A stretch of 63,965 nucleotides of DNA, counting the filler. It is 4 parts of 4 records of this genome, joined end to end, with 100 filler letters (N's around TTAATTAATTAA, not from the genome) between each part and the next. Parts side by side here need not be neighbours in the genome. Positions count along the whole stretch, not along the records: positions 29,781 to 39,591 come from DRR378314_1764; positions 39,692 to 56,404 come from DRR378314_1773; 2 more parts are not named here. One strand, written 5' to 3'. Shown piece by piece: positions 29,783-41,228 of the stretch (position 1 is the first letter of the stretch; each line of letters opens with the position of its first letter). The position numbers were made by a program, and so were the translations under genes. The notes beneath the pieces are model-generated. The model saw only the letters and a list, made by a program, of their open reading frames with translations, was not told where the DNA came from and ran no database searches.

Positions 29783-32122
29783 GACCAGGATCCAGGGGAT
29801 GGCTCTGTGGCCGGCCACGATGCGCTCTTGCATCGGAGTGTGCTCGCGGAGCCGATACCGGAGGACACGCCAGTCGCGCCCTCTGCGACCTGGAATTCGT
29901 CAGAAAAGCGCTCTGGTCGCGCAACGAAAATGACAAACAAACGGGCGACAAGAGGACGGAAGAGAGTTGTTGGATCTGCTCGCACTCTCCGTAGCAGCGT
30001 TATAGAGTACCAGCAAGGCTCAGGCGCAGCGGCCGTGATATCCCGTGAAGAACCTGTAAAGCAGCAACGTCGCAGGTATGTCGGATTCCTTTGTCCTTCG
30101 TGAGGCTTGCTGGCGCAAAAAAGACTAGATGTTACATGCCCTGATGGTGTGAATCAGCTTATCAGGCTGAATTCTCTATGCAAAGAGAGTTTGTTGCAGC
30201 GCATGCAGGCGCCTTGTCCTTCCCTGCGGTCCACAGCAGCATGACGCTGCGCCGCTCCCGCAAGGTCGGCGGGGTGGGGGCCGCACAGCTTGTCCTCCCT
30301 CGCTCGTCCAGGTTCATTTTGGCTCGTTCCATGACACAGCATCTCCCTATCTGACGTGAAACTCTCCTTGTTTTGATTCAATTCACTCATGTACCTGTTA
30401 TCGTGCAGGATTCCCGGTCTCTGGTTCGCTCCAGCAGCCTTGATTCCGCTTACTGTCGTCGTGTTGGGTGTACTGTCGTTTGCAATCGACGGAGGTCTGA
30501 GAAATGCGCCGTCCTCCGACTACATCACAGCGGTGTTTGGGGATTTGGAAGCGCACAATGTGGTGCAAGTTCGTGAAACGCTTACGTTGTATGCTATTGT
30601 ATTTCAAGTCGTCCTAGCCTTTCTTCTTACCGTCACAAATGTGGTTATTCAGATATCCTCATGCCGATATACGCCACACGTAAGCGTTCTGATGATCAAG
30701 GACCCCAAGTCGCTTCTTGTTCTTGGTTACATTGTGTGCGGCAACATTTTTGTTCTGTGGACTGCGCTCCTGATATCGGAGACCTATGTCCCACGGGCGA
30801 ATCTCTACATTAGTGCTGGCATCATTTGCTCGTCCTTGGTTATTACGTGCCCGTACTTTGCCTACATTTTCGACTTTTTGTCAACGGAACGGACAATATC
30901 GTGCATCTACGAGTCAGGTCTTGCGGCAGCCAAGGCTTGCACCAACGAGTTTCTCGCGGAACAAGGGCGCCGCGGCCTGTCGTGCGTTGGACAGGCCATA
31001 GCAGGAAAGCAACGCACACTCGTTTCTGAGATCGAACGGTTATCAGATTTTGCTCTGCGTGCGGTTGAGAGTGGCGAGCGTGTGCAGGCCTTCGACGCAG
31101 TGGACATGCTGAGCAAAATGTTCCAGGAGTACGCGAAGTGGAAAGGACGGCTCGCTGACTCTTGGTTTACAACATGTGCTCATGTCCGTCATGGACCTGA
31201 TTTCTTTTCGCTACGCCAAGGAGCCATCCAAATTCTGGAAACAGAGCAAACGTGGGTGGAGTGGAAGGCGCTGCGCCAGTACCAGCTACTGTTCGAGTAC
31301 TCGGCCGAGACGCTCCCGGATGTGGCCAACCTCGTGGCCGTGAACGTGCGCGCCATGGCGAGCACCGCGCTAGCACACAAGGACCTGTATTCCTTCGACA
31401 TGTGCTGCAAGTTTTTCAACACATTCCTGCGTGTCTGCATCAATGGAAATTATAGGAGCGCAGCCACAAACGTCCTCGTGCACTATCGGGAGACGGCGGA
31501 AGATCTCGTTCGCGGTAGCCATGCTGGCGTGCCTGCTGCGGCCCTCGAGCGGCGCGTCGCGCAGATTGCAGAATTCTTGCGCTACTACTCTTGGGCAAGC
31601 ATTTCGCAGAACAACGCGTTTCTCTCTGAAATTATCGCACATGATATCGGATCTCTCTGTGAAACTGTGTTTCATCACAATTCGCGTTCGCATTTGCGAA
31701 TTCTTAACGTATTTCTCACTGTCGACGACATTGCAGAGCGATCGGCTGAGTGGGATACGCTCGAAGGGATCCGCAGGGCGCAAATCAAACTCGCCACAAC
31801 GTACTTGCTCAACGGCAGCGTCCCACTGGCACAACGTATCGCAAACGATTTGCAGCGTGAGCCGGACGACCGTCTGGTGCGTGTCTGGGCCGAGCTTCTA
31901 CGCGTAGACGTGCGCGAGTACTGGGAGGTCACCAGTCGCGGGCTAAACGTTGACTATCTCACACGCGATCAACGGGCTGCCCTCCCGCAGTTCTTTGCCC
32001 TCATGCAGCGACCGGCACTGATGTCGTGGTATGAGACCGCCAAAGGAACTTTGGTGACTCTGTCCAGCGAGATCGAGATACGAGGCCGAAGCAGCGAAAT
32101 TGCGATTGTGCGCGCCGAATGA
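29783..32122 (+). CDS. Eukaryotic two-exon gene, DUF2254-like membrane protein (5' partial): join(<29783..30075,30409..32122)
   Basis: Intron 30076-30408 (AG|GTATGT...CTGAC...TGCAG|G, phase 2 on both sides) fuses ORFs 29807+ and 30389+ into QQRRR-IPGLW. Four TMs with VVIQ.SS.RYTP, then WVEWK.LRQY, G.RRAQ.KLAT.YL and YWEV..RG.N.DYL motifs. Confidence 0.75.
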
Positions 32123-32735
32123 ACTCGACCGACAATACCATCTCATGTACTTTTAGTTTCATTGTCTTCAGAGAAGCCCACGGATTTTGCAGAGCGCGAA
32201 AAAAGTGAGCTTAATAATTAAGTCGAATAGCTGGCGCTATTCACGTTACATCATGGGTTGCGCAAATCAACAAAAGGGTACCGCCCTTCGCGCCTTCCTT
32301 GTCTACACCGCTCGGAATTGCGTCTTCTCGGAGAGAGAATCGAGAGCAGCAGGAGCGCGACACACTCTTCTTCGCCACACCGAAGCACAACGCGTTCACG
32401 TTGAACACAGGTGGTGGAAATCAGCAACCACTACTTCCTCCTTTATGCGCGCTCTGCCGCCTGCTGCCCAGCGCAGCCATGTACATTAATGCTATGTGTA
32501 CCGTACGAAGGCTGACTTGCGGTCCTGTTCCCGCACAGTCGCCTCAAACAGATATGCGCCATGATATCTGCACCCTCACACCGTTGTAAAACCAAACCCA
32601 CTGGCAATACGTTGAGCGCACAGCCGCTGTAGTGATAGGTCACGAGGCAGCGCGACGGCCTCGAAGATTTGCAAATACACCACGGGGCCGCGCGCTCTGC
32701 TCTGTCACACTCGCTCGCCGACAACGTCTCCGCAG

Positions 32736-35700
32736 CTATGCGTTCGACAAAGCGAGAAAGAACGCTCCATTGGCAAACGCGGCGCCAAAAGACCCGTAGA
32801 GTGCTCCACTTTGCGCGTCACCGAAGACTGCACACGAGACGACGCTCGAGCCCATGAATCGCATTGACAGGCAGCCGGCTTTCAGTGTCGAATCGAATAA
32901 TCCTTTCATGTCGTACGATATACCTGTTTGATCGCGTCCACTCGCGCGGATGTCGAAGAGGAAGTCAGGCGCGGGCGCACCTTGGTGCGTGCGTCGCCGC
33001 TTCCTCGTCTCGTGCGCATCGGCACCGTCACCGTCTGCGTGTCCAGCGTCCGCCGAGTCGCCCAGGTTCGTACCGTCGCGCTCGCCTCGGCGATGTGGTT
33101 CGACATGTACCGACATAGTCCAGGGTGCTATTACTGCGTCGCGCATGTACGGGAGGTAGAGTACGATCATTCCCTCATAGTCTCCTGCATATGGTTCCAT
33201 CGCGCGCGCATTCTCGATAGAAACTGGGAGCGCCTGCCGGAGTTTCTCCAAAGGAATCGCGGTCAAATCAGGGTGTACTCCATCGGCGGACACATCAACA
33301 CGCGCGCCGTCGACTTTGAAATCCGGAGGCAAGCGTCCGCAGGGCAGAACAGTCTTTCGCAATACATCGCGGACCTCATCGGGGCAGCTCGGGTGACCGG
33401 GTGCTGGGCGCGAGATCGGCGGCGTCTGTGCGCGGAGGCGCTTGCGGAAGAGCAAGAGGCCGCACGCGAGCTCCAGTCGATGCAGCACGCGCGCGATGTC
33501 GGCCTTTTCCGTATGCACAAGGAGAATCAGACATGCGACATCACGCATGATCGCAGGGAAATGAGGGAACTCGTATTCGCATCCGATTCCAGTGACTTGC
33601 ACAGCACTCTGCTGATTCGCGAGAGCGGTGGAGAAGGAGGATAACGAGCGTGCAGAGCGCTCCAGCACCACCGCCAGCGCGCTCGAGGCGGTAAACGAAT
33701 GAAAGCGCGAGGCTGCCCGGCTGTCCTGTCGAGCGTCAAAGTCACTCTGACTTAAGAACTGACGGAAAAGAACGCGGCGCTCGTGCCGGACAAGACTAAG
33801 AAGAGCCTGCAAAACGGGCATAGCGACGCGACAAGGAACCCACATATGTTAGTTCTGTTCCATTTTGATCAGAAGGAGCACGAGACGCTCACGAAGCGGA
33901 CTGCCGCGCTGGAACGCACGGCGAGATGACTATCCCACTGTGACCGTGCACAATCATGATCGCCTGCGTATAGGAAACTTTGGGCACAGAGGCGACCAGA
34001 ATTCCGTCTGGTACGAAGCGGCATGCGCGCACCTGTATGTATAGGTTGAGAACGTTGGTGTTATCCGGCTGAAGGCTCGAGAGAGCTCCGTTAAGGTGCG
34101 ACAAGATACCCTGTGCGTTCAGACAATGCATTTTCTGGAGAGTTGCGAAACTCTCTTGATCATTGCTAAACGCGACAATGCTCGACAAAATATTTTCCGC
34201 ATTTTCGCTTGCATGATGAAGCTGCTCCGCGTTGAACGTGAGAATGGACGAGAGCGCCTTCAGTTGCTCGCAACGCTGCAGGGGAGAACAAATCCACGCG
34301 GCAATGCACCAGCATCAGCACATCCATTCGACTGGTTCAGCATGCACTTTCACAGTAACTGCAAGCAGCGACATCAAGGAGCGGTACATACCAAGGGGGG
34401 GAAGGACTCTAGCAAAAAGAGCTTGTCCGTTTCTATACGTGCAGATTGGCGCGTACGCGACCAGGAAGTTGAGAGGACGGTGGAGCGAGATCCAACGCGC
34501 ACGCTTTCCGGCAGCAACCGACCGCAGAACGGAACCAAAGAAACGCAGCCAGTACGTGCAAGCAAAGTACCGCTCAAACGTAGACCCGTCGACCTCTCAT
34601 AATGTTTTTATCGAAAACTCCGAAATATTTTTCAAACATGAGCAGTCTAGCATAAGGGTGGAGGAAAACGAAGCGACACGGCTACGGTTCTTCCTTGAGC
34701 GAGTGCCAACGCGGCCGTTCTGGGGCCGCCTCGCGCCGACCAGCACGCACAAGTTGCGACCTCTCCCGCCAGTCTTTATCCGCGACAAGTTCATCGCACG
34801 GTACACCGAATCGCATCAGAAATGCCTGTCGCCAAACGTCCGACTCCTTTGTAATGCGCCGCCATCTTGCGCAGACACGCGAGCATCTACGAGTGGCGCA
34901 AGGCGCACCACCAGGCGAAGCAGCAGCAAACAGACAGTCGACGTTATAAAGGCACACAGGTAACACGCTTGCCGAGCCCAGAAACCTTTGCTGGCGCATT
35001 GGAGAGAAAGAAAGGCCCCCAAAGAAGATAACTACAATACTTAAGCAACAACCAGACAATCAAGGTAGCAAACAGCGTTCACGAGAACAACAGCGCAAGC
35101 CTTGGCCAATCAGACGAATCAGGAGCCAGCGAAAACTAAAGATACAATCGTTTGTGGAACGAATCTTCTGCAATATGCAGCAGCGAATCAAAAGTACAAG
35201 AAACTTAACGTATGCGACACCAGAGAGACTTGTACCCTTCGCTTTCGTCGCAGCTGGTGCGCTGTGGAAAGGATAGGGTGCGGCGCGCTCGGAGCGGAAC
35301 ACTGAGTGCAGCGCGGCGTTACGCGCCCAAAGCCCACGCGACAGCGGTTCGCCACGCTCGTGGCAGCCCAGGTGCGCGGAATTTTCTGCTTGCGGTTTCT
35401 CATAGAAACACACACAAAAAAACAAGCAGAAAACAGTTCCAAACCTTGCAAACAGCACGGTATTGCCATCAAACGTCATAGGTATCCGCACACAGCTTTC
35501 GCGCTATTGGGGCTGCGCAGTACCTGCTGCCCGCCAAGCGACACGGCTGCAACCAGCGCACAGCAGCACTGCCAGTTTCCTGCACTTCACAGCTCGGCCC
35601 TCTACCAAAACTGCCAGTTGCGATCAGAAGCTTCAAGCGAATCCATGCGCGCGACCTTCCTTCCTTGGGCCAATATGCGGCGTTCGTAAGGTAACGTGGA

Positions 35701-35856
35701 ACAACGGAGGGCGCACGCGCTTCGCACAGGCAGCGCGGCATGAGGGAGCGGCTGTGTTGCGCGCGCGCGAGGTAGGACGTACGAGTGCAGGCTGCGCATG
35801 TCCAGGCGACAGAAAACAGCGCGCATAACGTCATACGGCAGTTCAGACCATCCCAT
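32736..35856 (-). CDS. Eukaryotic F-box protein, proposed model join(35856..35783,34886..34761,34646..34594,34432..34392,34275..34033,33806..32736), about 535 aa
   Basis: Exons 1+2 give MGWSELPYDVMRAVFCRLDMRSLHSCSRVCARWRRITKESDVWRQAFLMRF, an F-box consensus. All five introns are GT..AG and frame-consistent; the last has branch point ACTAAC and TTTTGCAG. Exons 3-4 (GTCG donors) are tentative. Confidence 0.72.
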
Positions 35857-37034
35857 CGTCAAATGATCCCTTGGACCTCCACTGCGATTTGCAGTGCTAC
35901 ACTGTAAACAATCAGTGGGGCGAGCGGCACCGGGTACAAGAAGACAGGCAAACGCAGGCGCCGTCAAGAGCGAGGCCCGCAGAAGGCGAAGCGCCTGTGC
36001 TGCGACCGCGAGCCGGGCTGCCCTGGCTGAGCGGTGCTCGTTCCGGGCTGGTGTACACGTGGCAGGGGTCGCGCTTCCGGTTGGCGCACGTGTGCGCCAG
36101 TAGGGCGCCCAAGGCGCACAGGAAGCGCAGGCCTGGACGCGCGAACCTTGTGAAAAATGCCATTCTTTATGAATAGCACTGCACATTCGAAGGGAATAGA
36201 AAAAAGAACGGCGCCCTTACGCACCATCACCAGCTAGGCGAAAAAAGCTACGCGAAACACCCGAGACGCGAAAAACCGCAAGCACATCAACGGGCACCTA
36301 GTCGCTCTCACGGCCAGCGAGAGAGTGCCGGGCGCTTCACGGGCCTCCTTTGATTACAAAAAAAGCATACTTATCGCCTTCCGAAAGAATAAGAACTGCA
36401 TAATATCACGGAATCATCCAAAAAGACGTGCGTACCTCGTTCTGGCAGGAAGTACCCTGCATCTCCGACTGAGCAGCGCACACGCAGGGCCCCTCTACGC
36501 AGCTGCGCACGCACCTGGGGATTCCTCTGCGCGTGGCGCCGAGGCGACGTCGCGCCACGGCGTTCGCCTCCAGAGAAACCACAGCCCCTTCGTTAGCCCT
36601 AAAATGTAAACCAACTCATCAGAGCTAGCCGCTGTCCGAAGTGGAATCCTGTGCCTGTTTGTTCTCGCGCGCGTGGGCGAAACAGACAACGCATACGGTC
36701 ACTTCTTGCATTATCTCGTTAATCTTTCTTGCACGTGGCTATGGTAAACAAATCCGCAATCAAGATCGGCGTGCAGACTGGTACTCGGGTCTGCGGTCTG
36801 GGTGCACGGAGAGGCAAACTCTCGGAAGCGTGCAAGGCAGGACGCCTGTCGGTCGTGCGAAGTAGGGCCGTAAACGTTGTCCATCTACATTTTCGACCAC
36901 GGCCCTTCACGAACGCCGTTTAAGCACAACCGCAGCATGCGGCGCGAGTAGCTCTCCGGGAACAAAAAAAGTGTATGCAAATAACATGGGGGGTATTGTT
37001 ACAAGTCATGTTCCGGTGACGCGTGTACCGACAC

Positions 37035-39591
37035 TTATTCGCCTTCGCTGAGGACAGCAGCAAGCTGCTTCTTCACTTCATCCAAAATTCGCCTAGTTTC
37101 ATCTGCGCTCTTCTTGCTTGCCAGTGACGACAGGCGCTGCTGCATGCGATGCAAATCCCTGCACGAAAAGAGGGGGAGAGCAAAACAATCAAATAAATGA
37201 GCATCCCAAACGCGGTGCAAAGGAATACTGTCAGACTATGTACCAGAAAAGTACTCGGAACGATGACGATCGAACGCCCGGTATGTTTCGCAGTTTTGCG
37301 AGGAGGGAATGGAGGAGAGCGCGAAGCGTGTACAGACACTGAGGGATGCCGTCGATCATTGCTTGCGAATGCTCCACTGCACAGAACTCCCACTACGACA
37401 GCGCTGCAAAAACCCGCAGGGCTGCACAGAGCCATAATGAACGTCAATTAATGCAACGCACAACAAACAAGAGAAATGACTCTGCAATGCAGTCAAAATC
37501 CACGGAACAGCAAATGTCCCCGCTCAGAAGGATTTCTCGGAGGCGGAAACCACGACGGGCCGTTCGCGTGCAGGTAGTCTGCGCCGACTGCGCCCCTGAT
37601 CCTGCGCAACCACAAACCCGTGGACAAAGCAAAGCCGCACGGCTCTGATCCGTACCGATCAATCGTTGAACGGAGCTCACTACGCTCCTCACGACGGAAA
37701 CGACTGGTAATTGCCGCGGCGACAACGTTTCGATAAAGTAGCTCTGCCGCGCTCTGTATCGCAATGCAGGCTGTTTGAAACACCTGTTCGACCATCTGGT
37801 GCATCGAGGACCAACCGAGTCCACGAGCTGCGCGGAGAGTCGCGGTGCTATCCTGCTGGTCCATACTGCAGTGACACGAACAGTCAGAGTCACGAAAATC
37901 CGGAAAGCGAAGAATAACCAATCGGAAGCATTTAGTGACGGCGAGTCGCACACGGGAAGGCCTTTAACGGGGATCCGAAGCACGAGCGAAGCACGCACGC
38001 AGTGCTGCAGGAACAACTGGCGGTAGACGCATCCGCCAACCGCTCGAAAAGGAGCGATTCTCGTCCGCGGTACAAAAGGCACAAAATCACTCCACAGGCG
38101 CATCAACGCAAAAACCTCATTGTTAGACTGTGTTCCAAGTAACCACTTTCCATGTTCGACCAAGCGACGCCACGCACGCAGAGTCAGAGAGGCGCGGGAA
38201 CGCGCGCTGTCCACCGAGACGTACAATGGTGCGGAGAAGTACATGATGTTGATGCATTCAAGCATCGTCTGCACAACCATCGCAATGCTCGGATGCTCGC
38301 TCGTGCCGTACGTGACTGACGTGCGGCATGCAAGCGAAAGGATTGGCGACGTCGCAGAGGGATCCTCTTTCCAGCTGCGGGTTGCAGAAACGAATGGAAA
38401 CGAGATGTACGCACATGCGGAAGGACGGAGGGGTCTTCAGAAGGAAACAAAGAAACAGAAAGCGCAGCGGGTCCACAGCCGGGAGGCACAACCTTCGCGG
38501 AGGCGCATACGTGCATTCCGGATCCGTGTTTCGCTGGATTATCGTATTCACGCGTCAAAGTGATGCAGTGTGATGTAGCGGAAAGGGTAACCAAGTGGAA
38601 AATATCTCCATACGCACCTTTCGTCCAGGACGTCGGGCGACAGGCGCAGAAGTATTCTTAGTGCATCAACGGTTGCACTTGTCGCATGTGATGTGAGCGC
38701 CATAGTAAACACGTCTGTCTCCAGAGTGGACGCATCAAAAGAGACTCCACGCAGCCGCGGCGACGCGAAGCTCTGCTTACCACCCGATAGCGGCGAGGAC
38801 GACAAGTTCCCGGCAGCAGCAGGCTTAGGAGAAAGCGGCGGCGCGGTCACCCCGGAGGCCACAACCGCTACACCAGCCGCTGCCCGCTCTGCGGAGGTTT
38901 CAGCGATGCAGCCGCTGTCACTGCCACACGCAACTACAGCCAAGTTTCGTGCCGCCCAAGCAAGAATGCGCACAGCCCCGCTTGATGCAGCAGCGAGAAC
39001 TGCGGGCATTTCTAAACGGAGCGACGCCACAGCACTTTGCGCTGGATCGCCCGGCCTATCCTTGGTCAAAGATGCAGCTGTCGACGCGGCGTACGCTGCA
39101 GTGGCGATCTGCGACAGGGAGAGCGCGTGGGAGCGCGAGGGCGCCGCAGGGTCAAGTGCCATCGCCACTGCGAGCTCAGTCGAGCACGCTGCAGCGGCAC
39201 TTATTGCCCTACGGCGCATGGACATGGATGTGCTCGGCCCAGACGAACCCGCACAAAGCCTGATGCCTGCCAGCACGGTATGCCAGAGGAACTTGTAAGC
39301 GGTTTCCTGCTCGTCGCTCTGCGCTACGCCGCTGCCCCAATGGTTACTGTTCGCTCCATCACCAGCGAATGTCGCTGTACTGTATCCTGGAGGCGCAGCT
39401 CCCGCTCTTCGTTGCTCCACATCGCTGTGTTGCGACCAAAGGGGCTCGCGCAAGACGGAAACTTCGCCCCAGGCACCTTGTGGGCCTCTGGATGTACCAG
39501 TGGAAGCGCCGCCCTGTGTATGGTGCAACTGGCGCGCCCGGCGCGGCGCCGTTACCGCTGCAACAGCACGCATCAGGACATCGCTGCCGGC
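37035..39591 (-). CDS. Eukaryotic hypothetical helical protein, 5' partial: join(>39591..38618,38374..38225,37865..37656,37158..37035)
   Basis: Three phase-2 introns (GTGCGT..CCGCAG, GTACGT..CTGCAG, GTACGG..GTGCAG) with pyrimidine tracts join ORFs 38548-, 37444-, 37493- and 37035- into one reading frame ending KKQLAAVLSEGE*. Confidence 0.7.
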
Positions 39592-39691
39592 NNNNNNNNN
39601 NNNNNNNNNNNNNNNNNNNNNNNNNNNNNNNNNNNTTAATTAATTAANNNNNNNNNNNNNNNNNNNNNNNNNNNNNNNNNNNNNNNNNNNN
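39592..39691. other. Artificial contig spacer
   Basis: N44-TTAATTAATTAA-N44. Confidence 0.97.
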
Positions 39692-39692
39692 T

Positions 39693-39869
39693 TTCATCCT
39701 GAAATGCGTCGCACCGGATCTCAGCGGTTTTCAGCAGTTTCTGACAGGCGAGTTGCTGACCACGCCGAACGTGGCCAGCGTAAAAACTTCGCTTGTTATC
39801 CGAGGCGCAAAAGACGAGCCAGGCGTACCATTTGACGTACTGGAAGACCGGATGAACCGGACGGCCTGA
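39693..39869 (+). CDS. Lrp/AsnC family regulator, C-terminal fragment (not in the ORF track)
   Basis: Manual translation FILKCVAPDLSGFQQFLTGELLTTPNVASVKTSLVIRGAKDEPGVP...* matches the Lrp RAM-domain C-terminus. Confidence 0.85.
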   Translation, partial: FILKCVAPDLSGFQQFLTGELLTTPNVASVKTSLVIRGAKDEPGVPFDVLEDRMNRTA

Positions 39870-39990
39870 TCCGGACACCAGATTGGTCCACTGCGCAAGG
39901 CGACAGTATGGCTGCCACACCTAGGGATAGAGCCCAAATTAGTAGTATCTGCATGTTGCCCCCGCACTTGCAGTAATCGTTAACAAAAAA

Positions 39991-40773
39991 TCACGCTGTC
40001 AAAGCGTCAATTTCACCATCTCCGGCCCGTGGCAAGAGCAACGGTCCAAAATCATTCAGCGATTCGATATGTGAGAATAGATTCAAATAGATCGAACGCA
40101 AAGAGTGGCTGATCATACGCACAGCATTAACACCCGGGTGATACGTCTCGAATTGCAGACCATCGACGCGGATCACCGAATGACGCGCGACGCAAATGTG
40201 GAACAGTTCGACCGGTGTTGGCGGCAGCGTTTCAATCACGCTCATGCCGTCCTGAAACTCGTGAACAGGGGTCAGCATCGGTTGGCCCGCACGCAGATGA
40301 CGCATATGCGCCGGCGTAGCGAGCAATCGCGCTGCAGGGCCAGCGATGACCCCTGACATCGGCTTTTGCATTCCGAACGTGTCGGCCATGATCCGGGTCA
40401 GCGGGCGGGTACGTCCACGCGAATCCTCACGCCCGGGGATCAGGGTCACAGAGCCCTTCCATAAGACCGTCTCGGATGATCCGTCCTGAGTGAGAACGTC
40501 ATCTCCCGGCAGCAGGTCTTCGATGGCCATCGGGCCTTGCGATGTCTCGACCAGCGAACCACGCGTGAAGGCGCAGAACGCATCTTCGAACATCGGCAGC
40601 GCCGGAGCGATATGACGTGTCTGTGAAACATCCCCATTTTTCAACAGACTAGAGACTTCATATCGTCGAAGCTGCGCTTTTGGTGTTGTTGCCGGGCGAG
40701 GCGTTTCACGCAACAGCGCTGACGTCTCGGCCGCATTTCTGGCCGCGCGGGCCAGAGAATTTGGAATAGGCAT
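39991..40773 (-). CDS. Hint-domain (BIL-B/Hint_2-like) protein with degenerate active site
   Basis: AFTRGSLVET..GP.AIEDL.PGD.VLT.D....VLW.G and FHI....H.VI.VDG...ETYHPG match Rhodobacteraceae Hint_2 domains. Confidence 0.8.
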   Translation of the reverse strand: MPIPNSLARAARNAAETSALLRETPRPATTPKAQLRRYEVSSLLKNGDVSQTRHIAPALPMFEDAFCAFTRGSLVETSQGPMAIEDLLPGDDVLTQDGSSETVLWKGSVTLIPGREDSRGRTRPLTRIMADTFGMQKPMSGVIAGPAARLLATPAHMRHLRAGQPMLTPVHEFQDGMSVIETLPPTPVELFHICVARHSVIRVDGLQFETYHPGVNAVRMISHSLRSIYLNLFSHIESLNDFGPLLLPRAGDGEIDALTA

Positions 40774-41099
40774 AATATTCCGTCCCCTCTAAATTCCGTC
40801 CGGGCGTCTTGAACCCCCGTGCAATATCGCCAGACGGCTATGTTCTTTGTCTTTAATCAAAGGGATAAACACGGGCCGTTCGCCGCAAGTGCATTGCGCC
40901 GCAAAAGAAAACACCAGTGTTTTGGTCAAGTTCATGACCCCCCAGACAAACTCGTAAACCGCAGGCTTCAATTGCCTGCACACACACGCTCCGAAACATG
41001 GCCGCAATCCTGATCGCGACCGCACATACCGAACCGGAGCTTCCTCCGGTATGTGCTTTGCCCGTTGAGACCGGCAGCTGGTCTCATGAGGTTGCTGTG

Positions 41100-41228
41100 T
41101 CAGTGGGTTGCCGCCAGACGGCGTGCAACTCTGACAGAGTGACTTGAAACCCGCTTCCAGGGCATTTCTAGTTCCTGATCTCTGACGGCCGCGAAAACGG
41201 CATTGAGAAAGCGTGATTTCATCTTCAT
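41100..41228 (-). CDS. Small (~42 aa) hypothetical protein with MPW motif
   Basis: MKMKSRFLNAVFAAVRDQELEMPWKR...RR after an AGGA RBS; resembles a recurrent Rhodobacteraceae small-protein family (from recall). Exact start uncertain. Confidence 0.55.
   Translation of the reverse strand: MKMKSRFLNAVFAAVRDQELEMPWKRVSSHSVRVARRLAATH

Noticed and set aside
29725..29985. ORFs containing X-runs across the linkers (also 39037-39920 and the end of 56457-57521)
   Set aside because: They read through N spacers into the artificial stop linker and are not real proteins.
30389..30408. ATG at 30389 as the start of the DUF2254-like gene
   Set aside because: It lies in the pyrimidine tract and acceptor of the intron; splicing from the upstream open frame is phase-compatible.
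34096..34963. Plus-strand ORFs of 168 and 243 aa (also 32928-33644 and 38693-39298)
   Set aside because: Antisense shadows of the spliced minus-strand genes, with no recognisable motifs.
35860..37030. Many short ORFs between the F-box gene and the upstream gene
   Set aside because: No coherent exon chain or motif found; most likely UTR and intergenic DNA, though a small gene cannot be excluded.
29781..39591. GC-rich segment as a genomic island or prophage in the gammaproteobacterium
   Set aside because: It is bounded by artificial linkers, has no integrase or att sites, and its genes carry spliceosomal introns.
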